Shown here piece after piece: positions 1-10,988 of a stretch of 64,000 bases of DNA; the first letter of the stretch is position 1; each line of letters starts with the position of its first letter. Origin of the DNA: Nitrospirota bacterium (GTDB taxonomy: Bacteria; Nitrospirota; UBA9217). The notes beneath the pieces were generated by a model that was given only the letters and a program-made list of their open reading frames with translations, did not search any database and was not told the origin of the DNA. The stretch spans positions 1 to 64,000 of the forward strand of contig CAVVOB010000015.1 of NCBI GenBank assembly GCA_963749655.1, written 5' to 3'. Position numbers and translations under genes: made by a program.

Positions 1-826
1 GGGCATAGCGCGTTCTTTTGCGGAAGGCGTCGTAGAAGCGTGCGTTCACGCTGGGGATGGACGCGACCCAGGGTTTTTCCCGCATGACGAAGTGGACAAT
101 GGCGGGCTTGCGCCCGGGCGGCATGCCGGCAATCGACGTATGAAAGTGGTCCTGAAAGTTCCATCTTCCGTCGAGCTTCTTCCAGCGGCCGTCGCACACC
201 GCATTGAGCGCGTCCTGATCAGCGTAGGTTGTCCGGGGATTATCGGAAAGGTACTGCATCGCCCGTTCGGAAACGCGCATCTTCCGCCATTGATCAAGAT
301 CGATGAGAAGGACCCCCGCGTTGAAATATTCCTGCACGTGCGGCACGCCTTCAAAATCCCGGTCCCCCCGCTTCAGCAGCTGGTCTCCCTTGTCCAGGAC
401 GGCCCCGAGCACCGCACCTTCCAGGTCCGTATTCCAAAGCTGCTCCAAATCGTCGAGAACGATGATGTCCGCGTCCAGATACAATACCCGGGAAACGGTC
501 CCGGGAAAGATGCGGGGGATCAAAAAACGGGCGAAGGTCATCGCTGAAATATGGCTGAGCGTGGGGAACTCCCGAAAGTGTCCCAGGTCCGCGCCGATCC
601 AGCTGATATGCGCGGACCCCGGCGGCAGGGAATCAAGGACGCTCCTCTGCGAACCTAACGAAAAGCCGTCATTGATGACACGGATGTCGAGCGGCCAGCC
701 GCTCCTGTTGGCCTCCGTGAGAGACCGGAGGGCCGTTGCCAGCGGCATCGCGTATGCTTCATCGCATGCCAGCACAACGGGCCGCAGTGCCGGAGCGGTT
801 GTGGACCCGCCTCCGACCGTGTTCAC
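1..826 (-). CDS. glycosyltransferase family 8 (runs off left edge)
   Basis: Not in ORF track; manual translation from GTG at 826 (GTGA overlap with upstream stop) gives VLACDEAYAMPL...VLYLDADIIV...YFNAGVLLIDL...DQDALN...IVHF...KPW, the GT8 motif set. Confidence 0.85.
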   Translation of the reverse strand, partial: MNTVGGGSTTAPALRPVVLACDEAYAMPLATALRSLTEANRSGWPLDIRVINDGFSLGSQRSVLDSLPPGSAHISWIGADLGHFREFPTLSHISAMTFARFLIPRIFPGTVSRVLYLDADIIVLDDLEQLWNTDLEGAVLGAVLDKGDQLLKRGDRDFEGVPHVQEYFNAGVLLIDLDQWRKMRVSERAMQYLSDNPRTTYADQDALNAVCDGRWKKLDGRWNFQDHFHTSIAGMPPGRKPAIVHFVMREKPWVASIPSVNARFYDAFRKRTRYA

Positions 827-1932
827 AGAAGTGCCTTTATCCGTTTCCAAAGAAAGTCTCCCGGCCCTCCCAGCGACAGCAGGATCCTCCTCGCCTGGGC
901 CTTCATCATCCAGGGATCGATGTTAAGAGCGTCGTTGTAGAACTGCCTGGCCTGCAGCAGGTCTCCCTGCCAGTAGAATTGGTCCGCCATCTCCCTGAAC
1001 AGGTGCGCGCGTACCAGCCGCCGCTCCCGCTCCCGTGAACAGTTGTTTCGAATGGACTGCTCGACCTCTCCCAGGGTCAGCAGAGCTTCCGACGCCCGGA
1101 ACTCCCGGGACGCCAGTCTCCTGCCGTAGATTTCCGCGATTGCTTCAAGACAGTCACGGGAAATGTCCGTTAATCCCAATTCGAGAGCTTTGTTCCTGAT
1201 TGCCCAGGGGATGTCCGTTTCCTCACGGTTGCAGGCGCCGTCGCCCTCGTTCTTCATTTTTTTGGTCATACTGAGCTCGTGTTCGCGGTAGCAGACCATG
1301 GGTTCGGAAAAATATCCGACGTCGTACCGGAGCGCGAAGGCGCACCAGAGATACCAGTCTCCGGCCCAGGGCATCGTCAGCGGGAAGAGACTTACTTGTT
1401 CGTAACATTCGCGCCGGACGAGCGCCGATGGGGAGGCGATGGTGTTTCCCTTGATAAGCTCTTTCAGAAACGTGCGTCCCCTGATGATGCAGTCGCGGTC
1501 GCCGTGAACGGTCCTTCCGTAAGAAACCCAGTCTTGCACTGCCGAGTCGACGCCCCCGCCCACGGCCACGCCCGGGCAGAAGGTGTATCCCACGTTCGGG
1601 TGCCGCTCCAGCATGTCGACGTACTTCTGTAAAACATGGCTCTTCAGCAAGTAATCGTCCGCTGAGATAAGCCACACATATTTGCCGCGAGACAGGGTGA
1701 TGCCCCTGTTGTAATTGCGGAGATGTCCCAGGTTCGGGTCGTTGCGAATGTAGCGTATCCGCGGGTCACGGAACGAGCGAGCTACCTCCTGCGTATTGTC
1801 CGGCGAGCAGTCGTCCATGATCAGTATTTCAAAGTCCGTGAACGACTGGCAAAGCACCGAGTTGACACAGTCGGGAAGAAGGTGCGCGAGCTTGTAGCAG
1901 GGTATGACGAAGCTGACGGTCGGATTGTGCAT
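823..1932 (-). CDS. glycosyltransferase family 2 with C-terminal TPR-like helices
   Basis: VSFVIPCY, IMDDCSPDNT, LISADD, GDW motifs; likely start MHNPTV at 1932. Confidence 0.88.
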   Translation of the reverse strand: MHNPTVSFVIPCYKLAHLLPDCVNSVLCQSFTDFEILIMDDCSPDNTQEVARSFRDPRIRYIRNDPNLGHLRNYNRGITLSRGKYVWLISADDYLLKSHVLQKYVDMLERHPNVGYTFCPGVAVGGGVDSAVQDWVSYGRTVHGDRDCIIRGRTFLKELIKGNTIASPSALVRRECYEQVSLFPLTMPWAGDWYLWCAFALRYDVGYFSEPMVCYREHELSMTKKMKNEGDGACNREETDIPWAIRNKALELGLTDISRDCLEAIAEIYGRRLASREFRASEALLTLGEVEQSIRNNCSRERERRLVRAHLFREMADQFYWQGDLLQARQFYNDALNIDPWMMKAQARRILLSLGGPGDFLWKRIKALL

Positions 1933-1983
1933 GCTGTGCGTTCCTTTCGATTCGGGACTGAACCCCGTGGATAAGAGCACGCT

Positions 1984-3542
1984 TCAACGAAGGTCCGGCG
2001 GTGCAAGCCGCAGCCAGACAAGCACCCGCTGCAGCTGCCGGGGGATCCTGTCCCAGGAACCGAGTCTGAGCAGGGCGCGAAGCGAGTAAACACTGCACAG
2101 GACCATCACTGCAGTCCCGATGCCCATCGCCGTGTAAGGCGAAACAACATAAAACAAGCCGAAGACGGACGCCACCAGGGAGAGAAAGAGAAGTCCCGTC
2201 TTTCTGTTCTCCCGCGACCAGCGAAAACCGCTGCTGCGGCGTACGATCGGGTAGATCATCAATCCGTGGAAGGCGTAGGACCCGAAGAATGCGATGCCGG
2301 CGCCGTTGACGCCGAAGGACCGAATGCATATCCACGACAATCCGACATTGACCACGGTCCAGGCCATCTCGGTGATAAAAAAGAGGCTTTGCTCGCCTTT
2401 TGCCACGATAATGTAGCCCATGGGCCAGGTAACGACGCGAAGCGTCATCCCCAGGCAGATCCAGCGCAGGATCCCCACTGCCGCTTCGAAGCGGGCGCTG
2501 TAGAACAGGGCGATGACGAGGGGCGCAAACGAGAGCGTGGCGATTACGCCCGGTCCCGCGAGCAGCAGGCTTATCTGCGCCTGCTCGTTCACCATGCGGT
2601 TGCACGCCGGGTTGTCCTTTGCGACGCCGGTCAGGCGGGGATAGAAGTCGGCCCCCATGGACTGCAGGATAAAGCCGACATAGAGTCCGCCGAGGGTCCA
2701 TGCGGATTGATAGTAGCCCGCGGCATCGAATCCCGCCATGCGAAGCACCATGGTGCGGACGGCCCAGGCGGCCCCCATCATGAGGAATCCGCTCGCCATG
2801 AAAGCGAAGCCGAGCTTCAAGAGGGATGCGGCTTCCTGCCGCACCTGGGGGGCCGTCATCACGGGAACCTGGAATCCGCACTTTCCGGCTGTACCACCAC
2901 GAGGTAAGGGTCGTCATCGCCGCTATGGCTACAAGCGAAGGCACCACTCCCTTTTCCCGGAAGATGAATATCAGAGGGATGCTGATGAGCGTGCTGAACA
3001 GGGCGCCCAGTACGCCCATGCTGGCGAGATCGACGATGCGCCGCACTCCCTGGATGAGGGCGCTCTGACCGCCGGACACAAGGCTGAAGAACACGGCGAG
3101 CGACAGGACCGCGACGGCGGCTGCGTGCTCTTCGCTGCCAAACGTCAGGGCGGACACCTGCCGGGAGAACAGGACCAGCAGAAGCGGCCCCCGCTATTCC
3201 CAGAAGGATCGAGGTCCGCCGCAGCACGGTGACGGTCCGCGCAATCCGCCCTGTTTCGCCCGAGCCGACCGCCTCGGCGATCTGGCGGACCCCGCTGCTG
3301 TTGATGCCCATCCCGGCGATGCTCTGCGCAAGGTCTGCTATCGATCCGTACAGTCCTATCAGGCCGAAACCGGCGGGGCCCAGCATCAGGGCCATGGCCT
3401 TGGTGCGAACGATGCCGATGCCGATCTTCATCATTGATGATCCTCCGATCAATGCAGAAGATTTCAGGATCTGGCGATAGCTATGGTGTTCAGCGGATAC
3501 GGCCTCCCGGGGTGCGTCTATGCTCTTTGCGGAAATGCTCAA
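1984..3542 (-). CDS. wzx: Wzx-type polysaccharide flippase (split by frameshifts near 3180 and 2865)
   Basis: SYRQILKSSALIGGS...RTKAMALMLGPAGFG, GYYQSAW, DFYPRL; many TM segments over three frames; TTG start with AAGGA RBS. Confidence 0.82.
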
Positions 3543-3769
3543 TTTCGTTCCTTCTTTGCGTCGTTCATCCTGCTGCGCGAATGCGGCAGCAAAGGATCCA
3601 GGTTTCCATCTGTATAAATCTGAGTATTCGGTGGAAAATAAATCTTGAATATCTCTTTGCCGCAGAAGTTGCAGAATGCGCAGAAAAGGCCAACCTTTCA
3701 TTTAGATCCAAGCTTTCACCTGTGTAATCTGCGGACAAACGCCTGGAATCCATTTTTGTTATCGAATGT

Positions 3770-6700
3770 TTACCATGAAACCAGGCCGACCGACATTCTC
3801 AGGATCACAACCACGTCGTCGAGGTCTATCTTTCCGTCGGGCTGTGGCTGGTGGTCTATCAGCGGCGCTACGTCGCCCTGAGCGAGGTCGGAGGCGGAGG
3901 GTGTGTCGGTGCCGGACGCTATGCATAACGCTTTCAGAGCGTCCGCTGAATCCACGCCGTTGCCGTCAAAATCGCCGGAACTTTTGCTCACGCTGAAGGT
4001 CTGACTCGGTCCGAAACCTGCGGCCATGTTCCCTGCTGCGTCACTGGCGGTATTCGCCGCGATCGTTATGCCGAGCGTTCCATCGAACCCGGTAATGTTC
4101 GAAATAGTTATGATTCCGACGCTCGTTGCCGATCTTCCGACCGATACCGCGCCGCCCGCGCTGCCCGTAGCGTTTACTGTTATGTCTGCCGCGCTAAGGG
4201 TCAGATTGTCGGCGCCGTTGTACATAACCAAATAGGTCACCGACTGACTGCCGTCAGCCACGGACAGCGACGGCTGGCTGATCGTTATCGTCGGCGCCGT
4301 AGTGTCGAAGGTATGGACGAACCGTGCTGCCGCGCTGTTCCCGTTCCCCGCAGCGTCGGAGGCGACGGCTGCGGCGATGTCGACGGTGATGTCTCCGTCC
4401 GCTGCAGGCGTTACGGAGAAGGAATAGACATCTCCGCTGCCTGCGAAAGACCCGCTCGTGACGACGCCGTTGACGATCGACACGCCTGACGCGGTGAAAC
4501 CAGTGACCGGCTTGCTGAACAGAACGTTCATGGGGATCGGCGAGAAGCGTGTAGGCCTGGACACCGTTGAACTGATCGTCACGCCGGGGGCCGCGGTGTC
4601 GACGGACCAGGAGACCGATACGGGCGAAGGATCCCCGTTCCCTGCCCGGTCTATCGAGCGCACTTCAAAGGTATGAGTACCCGTTGTGACGATATACGTT
4701 TGAGGGCTGGTACAGCCGGCATATTCCCCGTTGTCGATCCGGCACTCGAACGATGACCCCGGTTCGCTGGCCGTGAACGAGAAGGTCGCGCTCGTCTGGT
4801 TCGTCTGCGCCGGAGGCTGGCTGGTTACCGTCGTGTCCGGTGCGCTGATATCGATCGTCCATGAATAGGCTGCCGGAGAAGCATCGGTGTTTCCCGCCGG
4901 GATCGATCGAGCGCACCTCGAAGAGGTGATCACCATCGGTTCCAGAATACGTTTTGGGACTGGTGCATGCCGCGTATGCGCCGTTATCGATCCGGCATTC
5001 GAAGGACGCTCCCGCCTTGGTGCTCGTGAAGGAAAACACAGCGCTTGTCTGGTTCGTGGGATTCGCAGGCTGGCTCGTGATGGTCGTGTCCGGCGCCGTC
5101 GTGTCGATCACCCAGGAATAGGCTGCCGGGGAGGCGTCAACGTTTCCCGCCGGATCGATCGAGCGCACCTCAAAGGTATGGTTCCCTGCTGCCAGGGTGT
5201 ACGTTTTGGGGCTCGTGCACGCCGTATACCCGCCGCCTTCCATCCGGCATTCAAAAGACGCTCCTGTTTCCGTTGACGAGAAGGCAAAGGTTGCGCCTGT
5301 CTGGTTCGTGAGATTCTCAGGCTGGCCCGTGATGGTCGTATCCGGCACCGTCGTGTCGATCACCCAGGAATACGTTGGCGGAGATGCATCAGCGTTTCCC
5401 GCCGAGTCGATCGAACGTACTTCGAACGTATGGCTCCCTGCTGTCAGGGTGTAGGTTCTGGGGCTGGAGCATGCCGTATACCCTCCGCTGTCCATCTGAC
5501 ACTCGAATTGAGCGGACTCGGTGGTGGCAAAGGTAAACGTCGCATCTGTCTGGTTCGTGGGATTCGAAGGCTTGCCCGTAATGGCAGTGTCCGGCGCAGT
5601 CGTGTCGATTACCCAGGAGTATGCAGCCGGTGATGCATCACTATTTCCCGCCGGATCGATTGAACGGACCTCGAAGATATGGCTCCCTGAAGTCAAGGTA
5701 TAGGTTTTCGGGCTCGCGCATGTCGAAAATCCTCCGCTGTCAGTCTGACACTCGAATTGAGCGGACTCGGTGGCTGTAAAGGTAAACGTCGCGCCTGTCT
5801 GGTTCGTGGGATTCGCAGGCCGGTCCGTGATGGTTGTGTCCGGTGCCGTCGTGTCGATCACCCAGGAATACGATGCCGGAGTTGGATCACTGTTGCCTGC
5901 CAGGTCGATCGACCGCACCTCAAAGGTATGGTTCCCTGCGGTTACAGCGCAGGTCCTGGGACTCGTGCACAGAGCATAGTCTTCGTGGTCCAGCCGGCAT
6001 TCGAATTGGACCGACTCGGTTGCCGTAAAGGCAAAGCTCGCGTCCGTCTGGTTCGTGAGGCCTGCAGGTCCGGACGTGATCGATGTGTCGGGAGCAGTGG
6101 AGTCGTAGAGCAGCGAGAGGGAAATAACGCCGTTCCCGTTACCCGCGCTGTCATGAGCGGCGCCGGCAGCTATTCCGGCCGTAACAACGCCGTCCTGGCC
6201 GGGTGTCAGGTAAAACACATAGACCGATCCGCTTCCGCTGAAGGATCCGGCTGTGATCGAACCGTTTTGAACGGTTACGTCGGATTCGTAGAAATCAGAA
6301 ACCTCCTTGCTGAACTCCACGGTTACGGAAAGCGGCGTGAGCCTCGTGGGACTCGAAACCGACGTTTTCATGATTACGTCCAGGACCGCAGTGTCGATAG
6401 TCCAGGAATAGGTTGCCGGAGAGGCATCGGTGTTCCCTGCCGTGTCAGTGGCGCGAACGGTGAAGGTATGGGTGCATTACTGGCAGATAATGCTGTAGTC
6501 TCGCGGACTCGTGCAGGCCGCATATCCCCGCTGTCGATCCGGCATTCGAACGGAGCAGCCTCCGTCGAGCGTGCAAAGGTAAATACCGCACTCGTCTGAT
6601 TGGTCGGATTTGCCGGCTGGCTGGTGATGGTCGTGTCCGGTGCAATGGTGTCGATCAGCCAGGAGTAGGACGCAGGCGTGGCATCGACGTTCCCTGCCGG

Positions 6701-9700
6701 TCGATCGACCGCACCTTGAAGGTATGGCTCCCGTCCGGCGAGTCCGGTGAAGGTCTTGGGACTCGTGCAGGCGAGTAGGCGCCGCTGTCGATCTGGCATT
6801 CGAACGCTGCAGTCTCGGTCGCCGTGAAGGCGAAGCTCGCACTCGTCTGGTTCGTGGGGTTTGACGGCTGGCTGGTGATGGTCGTATCCGGCTGCAGTTG
6901 TGTCGATCATCCAGGAGTAGGTTGCCGGAGTGGCATCGGTGTTGCCTGCCATGTCATGGAACGGACATTGAAGGTATGGTGTCTGACCGGCAAAGTACTT
7001 AGGTCCTGGGACTCGTGCAGGCCGCATATCCCCCGCCGTCGATCTGGCACTCGAAGGCCGAGCCAGCCTCGGTCGAAGTGAAGGAGAAGCTTGCGCTCGT
7101 CTGGTTCGTCGGGATTCAGGGGCTGGCTCGTGATGGTCGTGTCCGGCGCAGTCGTGTCGATCACCCAGGAGTAGGTTGCCGGTGTTGCATCGATGTTGCC
7201 TGCCGTGTCAATCGAGCGCACGTGAAGGTGTGGGTCCCTTGCGGCCAGGCTGAAGCTTGTGGGGCTGGTGCAGGCGAGTACCCGCCCGTTGTCGATCCGG
7301 CACTCGAAGGTCGGCAGCCTCGGTCGAAGTGAATGAAAAACTTGCACTCGTCTGGTTCGTGGGATTCGGGGCTGACCCGTGATGGTCGTGTCCGGGGCTG
7401 TTGTGTCGATCACCCAGGAGTACGTTGCCGGGGATGTGCATCGACATGTTCCCTGCCGTGTCATGGAGCGCACGTGAAGGTATGGGTCATTACTGGCAAG
7501 ATTGTCTATAGGTCTTTGGGCTCGTGCAGGACTGCATAGTTCCCCATTGTCGATCCGGCATTCGAAGTGGCTTACTCGGTGGCGGTAAACGTAAATGTTG
7601 CACTCGTCTGGTTCGTCGGGTTGACAGGCTGGCGGTGATGGTCGTGTCCGGTGCGTGGTGTCGATCACCCAGGAGTAGGTTGCCGGTGCGGCATCCGTGT
7701 TGCCTGCGGTATCAATGGAACGCACATCGAACTGGTGGTTCCCCGCTGTCATGGTGTACGTTCCGGGGCTCGTGCATGCCGAATAGCCGCCGCCGTCCAT
7801 CTGGCATTCGAATCGGGCGGACTCCGTGGCAATAAACGTAAACGTCGCACTCGTCTGGTTCGTGGGGTTCGCGGGCCGGCCCGTGATGGTCGTGTCCGGC
7901 GCCGTTGTATCGATCACCCAGGAACACGTTGCCGGCGATGCGTCAACGTTGCCTGCTGCGTCCGTCGAGCGAACGTCGAACGTGTGACTCCCCGCTGACA
8001 ATGAGTACGTTTTCGGGCTGGGACACGGTGCATACCCTCCGCCATCCATTTGACATTCAAAGGATGCCCCTGCTTCCGTTGACGAGAACGTAAAGCTTGC
8101 ACTCGTCTGGTTCGTTGGGTTCGCGGGCTGGCTCGTTATCGTCGTGTCCGGAACGTTTGTGTCGATCGCCCAGGAGTAAGTTGCCGGTGAACCATCAGTG
8201 CTGCCTGCAGGATCGATGGATCGTGCGTCGAACGTGTGATTCCCCGCTGTCAATGCGTACGTTTTTGGGCTGGTGCACGCAGCATACCCTCCTCCATCCA
8301 TCCGGCATTCAAAGGAAGCTCCTGCTTCCGTTGATGAGAAGGCAAAACGCGCGCTCGTCTGATTCGTGGGATTCGCGGGCTGGCTCGTAATGGTCGTGTC
8401 GGGAGCCGTCGTGTCGATCGCCCAGGACCAGGTTGCCGCAGTGGCGTCGGTGTTGCCCGCCTTGTCTGTCGCCTGCACGGAAAACGTATGGTTTCCGGCG
8501 GAAAGAGTGTAAGCCTTGGGGCTCGTGCAGGCTGAATAGCTCCCGTTGTCCATCTTGCAGGTAAATGAAGACCCCTCTTCTGTGGCCGAGAAGGCAAAAC
8601 TGGCGCTCGTCTGGTTCGTGAGGCTCGCGGGCCGGCTCGTGATGGTCGTGTCGGGCGCCGTCGTGTCGATCACCCAGGAATAGCTGGCCGGTGATGCGTC
8701 AACATTGCCTGCTGAGTCTATCGAACGCACGTCGAACGTATGGTTTCCGGCAGACAAGGTATAGGTATTCGGGCTCGTGCATGTTGTATAGCCGCCGCCG
8801 TCGATCTGACACTCGAACCGGGCGGACTCGGTTGCCGAAAAGATGAACGTTGCGGTCATTTGATTCGTCGGATTGACCGGCTTGCCTGTGATGGTCGTAT
8901 CCGGAACCGTCGTGTCGATCGTCCAGGAGTAGGTCGCCGGAGTGGGGTCGCTGTTGCCGGCAACGTCGATCGCCCGCACATCGAATACATGGCTTCCGTC
9001 GTTCAGGGAGTATGTTTTCGGGCTCGAACACGCTCCATACACTCCGTTGTCGATCCGGCACTCAAAGGACGACCCCGATTCGTTCGACGTAAAAGCAAAT
9101 GTGCAGTTCGTCTGATTCGCCGGGTTTGCCGGTTTGCTCGTGATGGAGGTGTCCGGTGAGAAATTGTTCACGGAAACGGTTACGGATGAACTTGCGCTGT
9201 TGCCTGCTTCATCATATGCCGCGGCCTTGACCACGTGCGATCCCTCTGAAGCAAGAGAGGTATCCCAGGTCCAGCCGTACGGCGACGTCGTATCGGTCAG
9301 CTGCAGGACGTCATCAAGGTAAAACTCGATCCTGGCCACGCCTTTGTCGTCGGAAGCGGTGGCAGAAACCGATACCGAAGCCGAGACCGTCGATCCGTTC
9401 TGAGGAGCAGTGATCGAAACAGACGGGGGGGTCGTATCCTCGGACGAGACGAATCCGGTCAGCGTAAAGATGCTGTTTGCCGGCGCATTGAAGGCGAACG
9501 TTCCGTTCGTGACAGAAACGTCGTTCAGCCGGGCAAAATTCTTGGACGAGTCGGTGTCGCTCGTCCAGTAGAACTGGAAATCGCTCACCCCCGTCAGATT
9601 CGCGAGCGTCCCCGCGTAAGCGATGGACCCGTAACCGGTGTTTCTTCCCACGAGCGTCACCTGTCCGGTCGGCTGATGATGGAATCCGTACAGTACGACA

Positions 9701-10815
9701 TTTCCGTCGGACTGCGAAGCCGCTATCCTCACCGATCCCGGAGGAACGAATTTGAACAGCTGTTCATACTGATAAAAGCATTTCCTCGGCGAGTAGGTGC
9801 CCGCCGATGCGTTATAGGACAGGGCCGCGGGGCCTTCTCCGGCGTCGTTCGGCGGGGTTGAGCCGTTTCCCATCAGAATGGCGTGATGATAGACACTGTC
9901 ATACCCTTCCCAGACATAGATGGCCGCAGGGCCCTGGCTTATCGTGGCAAAGATATCGGCAGGCTCTATGATCTCCGTCATGTGGAAGTTCCTGTCGGGA
10001 TAGGCGGACCGCTTTATGGTCTGATCGGCGCTGCCTGTGCTGCCGGTGAAGTCATGCAATCCGAAATGCCGCACTTTGGACATGACGGTGCTGTCTTTCA
10101 TCATCTCAGCCATATAGCCCGATACGCCCGTAGTGATCGTTGCGGTCGTCGGGCCGACGATCCCGACGTCGGACAGGCCGATTGAGTCGAGTTTCTGAGC
10201 AAGTTTATTGAGAAGCCGCACGTATTGATATTTGTCGACCTTGGGGCCTTCGTAGCCGTTCCAGTCCGGTTCATTCAGCGGATCGATCTGGGAAAACGAC
10301 AAATGCATCGTTTCCCGCGCGTAGTAAATGAGAGAGACGATCATCTCCACCCATTCGTCTTCGGCTGACGTATTGATATACTCGCCGCCCATCCAGTCCG
10401 GGACTCTGCCCATGAAGCTCAGCACAATCCCGGTAGAGGCCCCTTTTTGGTTCAGATAGCCGATCGTTCCCCACAGGTTCTGGAATTTATCATTGCCATA
10501 GAGGGCGTCGTAGTAAGTCCAGTCCATGACGGCCGGATCCGAGTTGTCGTTTTCGGCCTCCCAATCTTCCATGTCGAAGACGACCCGCCACAGCGTGGCC
10601 CCCATTTCGTCTGACAGCCTGTCCAGCGCGGGCATCAGCTCCCCGTTCTTCCAGCTGAGAGAATTGATGTTGACGCCGAATCCGTCGATGGTTTGATACT
10701 GCTGAGCGCCGTCGACCGACAGGGTTACGGCGGCAGAGGCTGCAAAGGGCGAAAGAAATAGTGAAGCGATCAGCACCCAAAGGGCGATGGCGGTGTTCGG
10801 GTTTTTCCTGTTCAT
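3770..10815 (-). CDS. giant secreted protein (~2350 aa): GH30-like glycoside hydrolase, Ig domain, ~17 Cys-paired Ig-like repeats, other Ig-like domains, C-terminal dockerin-like domain; frameshifted, mostly 6380-7680 and ~4900
   Basis: Signal peptide (..SPFAASA|A), YQTIDGFG, LNEPD acid/base, HMTE nucleophile, GH30-type C-terminal beta sandwich; ORFs 6907-10854, 6374-7027, 4665-6371 and 3770-4936 continue the same repeat; ends [21 protein letters not shown]. Confidence 0.8.
4605..9165 (-). repeat. array of ~17 coding repeats of ~250-260 bp (APDTTIT..P.NPTNQT.A.F.F...FEC..D.G.Y..CTSP.TY....HTF.VR..D.AGN.D.SPA.YSW.ID), interrupted by one different Ig-like domain at ~6110-6380
   Basis: Directly visible in protein and DNA. 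Confidence 0.85.
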
Positions 10816-10988
10816 TCGTGACACCGGAAGGGATCCCTGTTGTCTTTGGCCCAAAGGCGTACTGTCCTCGGATGAAGGCAGCTTCGGAGCGATAGTCCTG
10901 TTCAGGAAAACGTCCCGGCAGGATTGAAGCCATTCCCAGGAATGTTTCTCAAAACTCCAATCCTGCCGGTCCGTTGGGGGGTGTGCCG

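Noticed and set aside
6380-7680. Dense indel cluster in the repeat array read as a DGR or hypervariable region
   Set aside because: Changes are indels rather than adenine-specific substitutions, no reverse transcriptase is in the window, and repeats are where consensus quality drops
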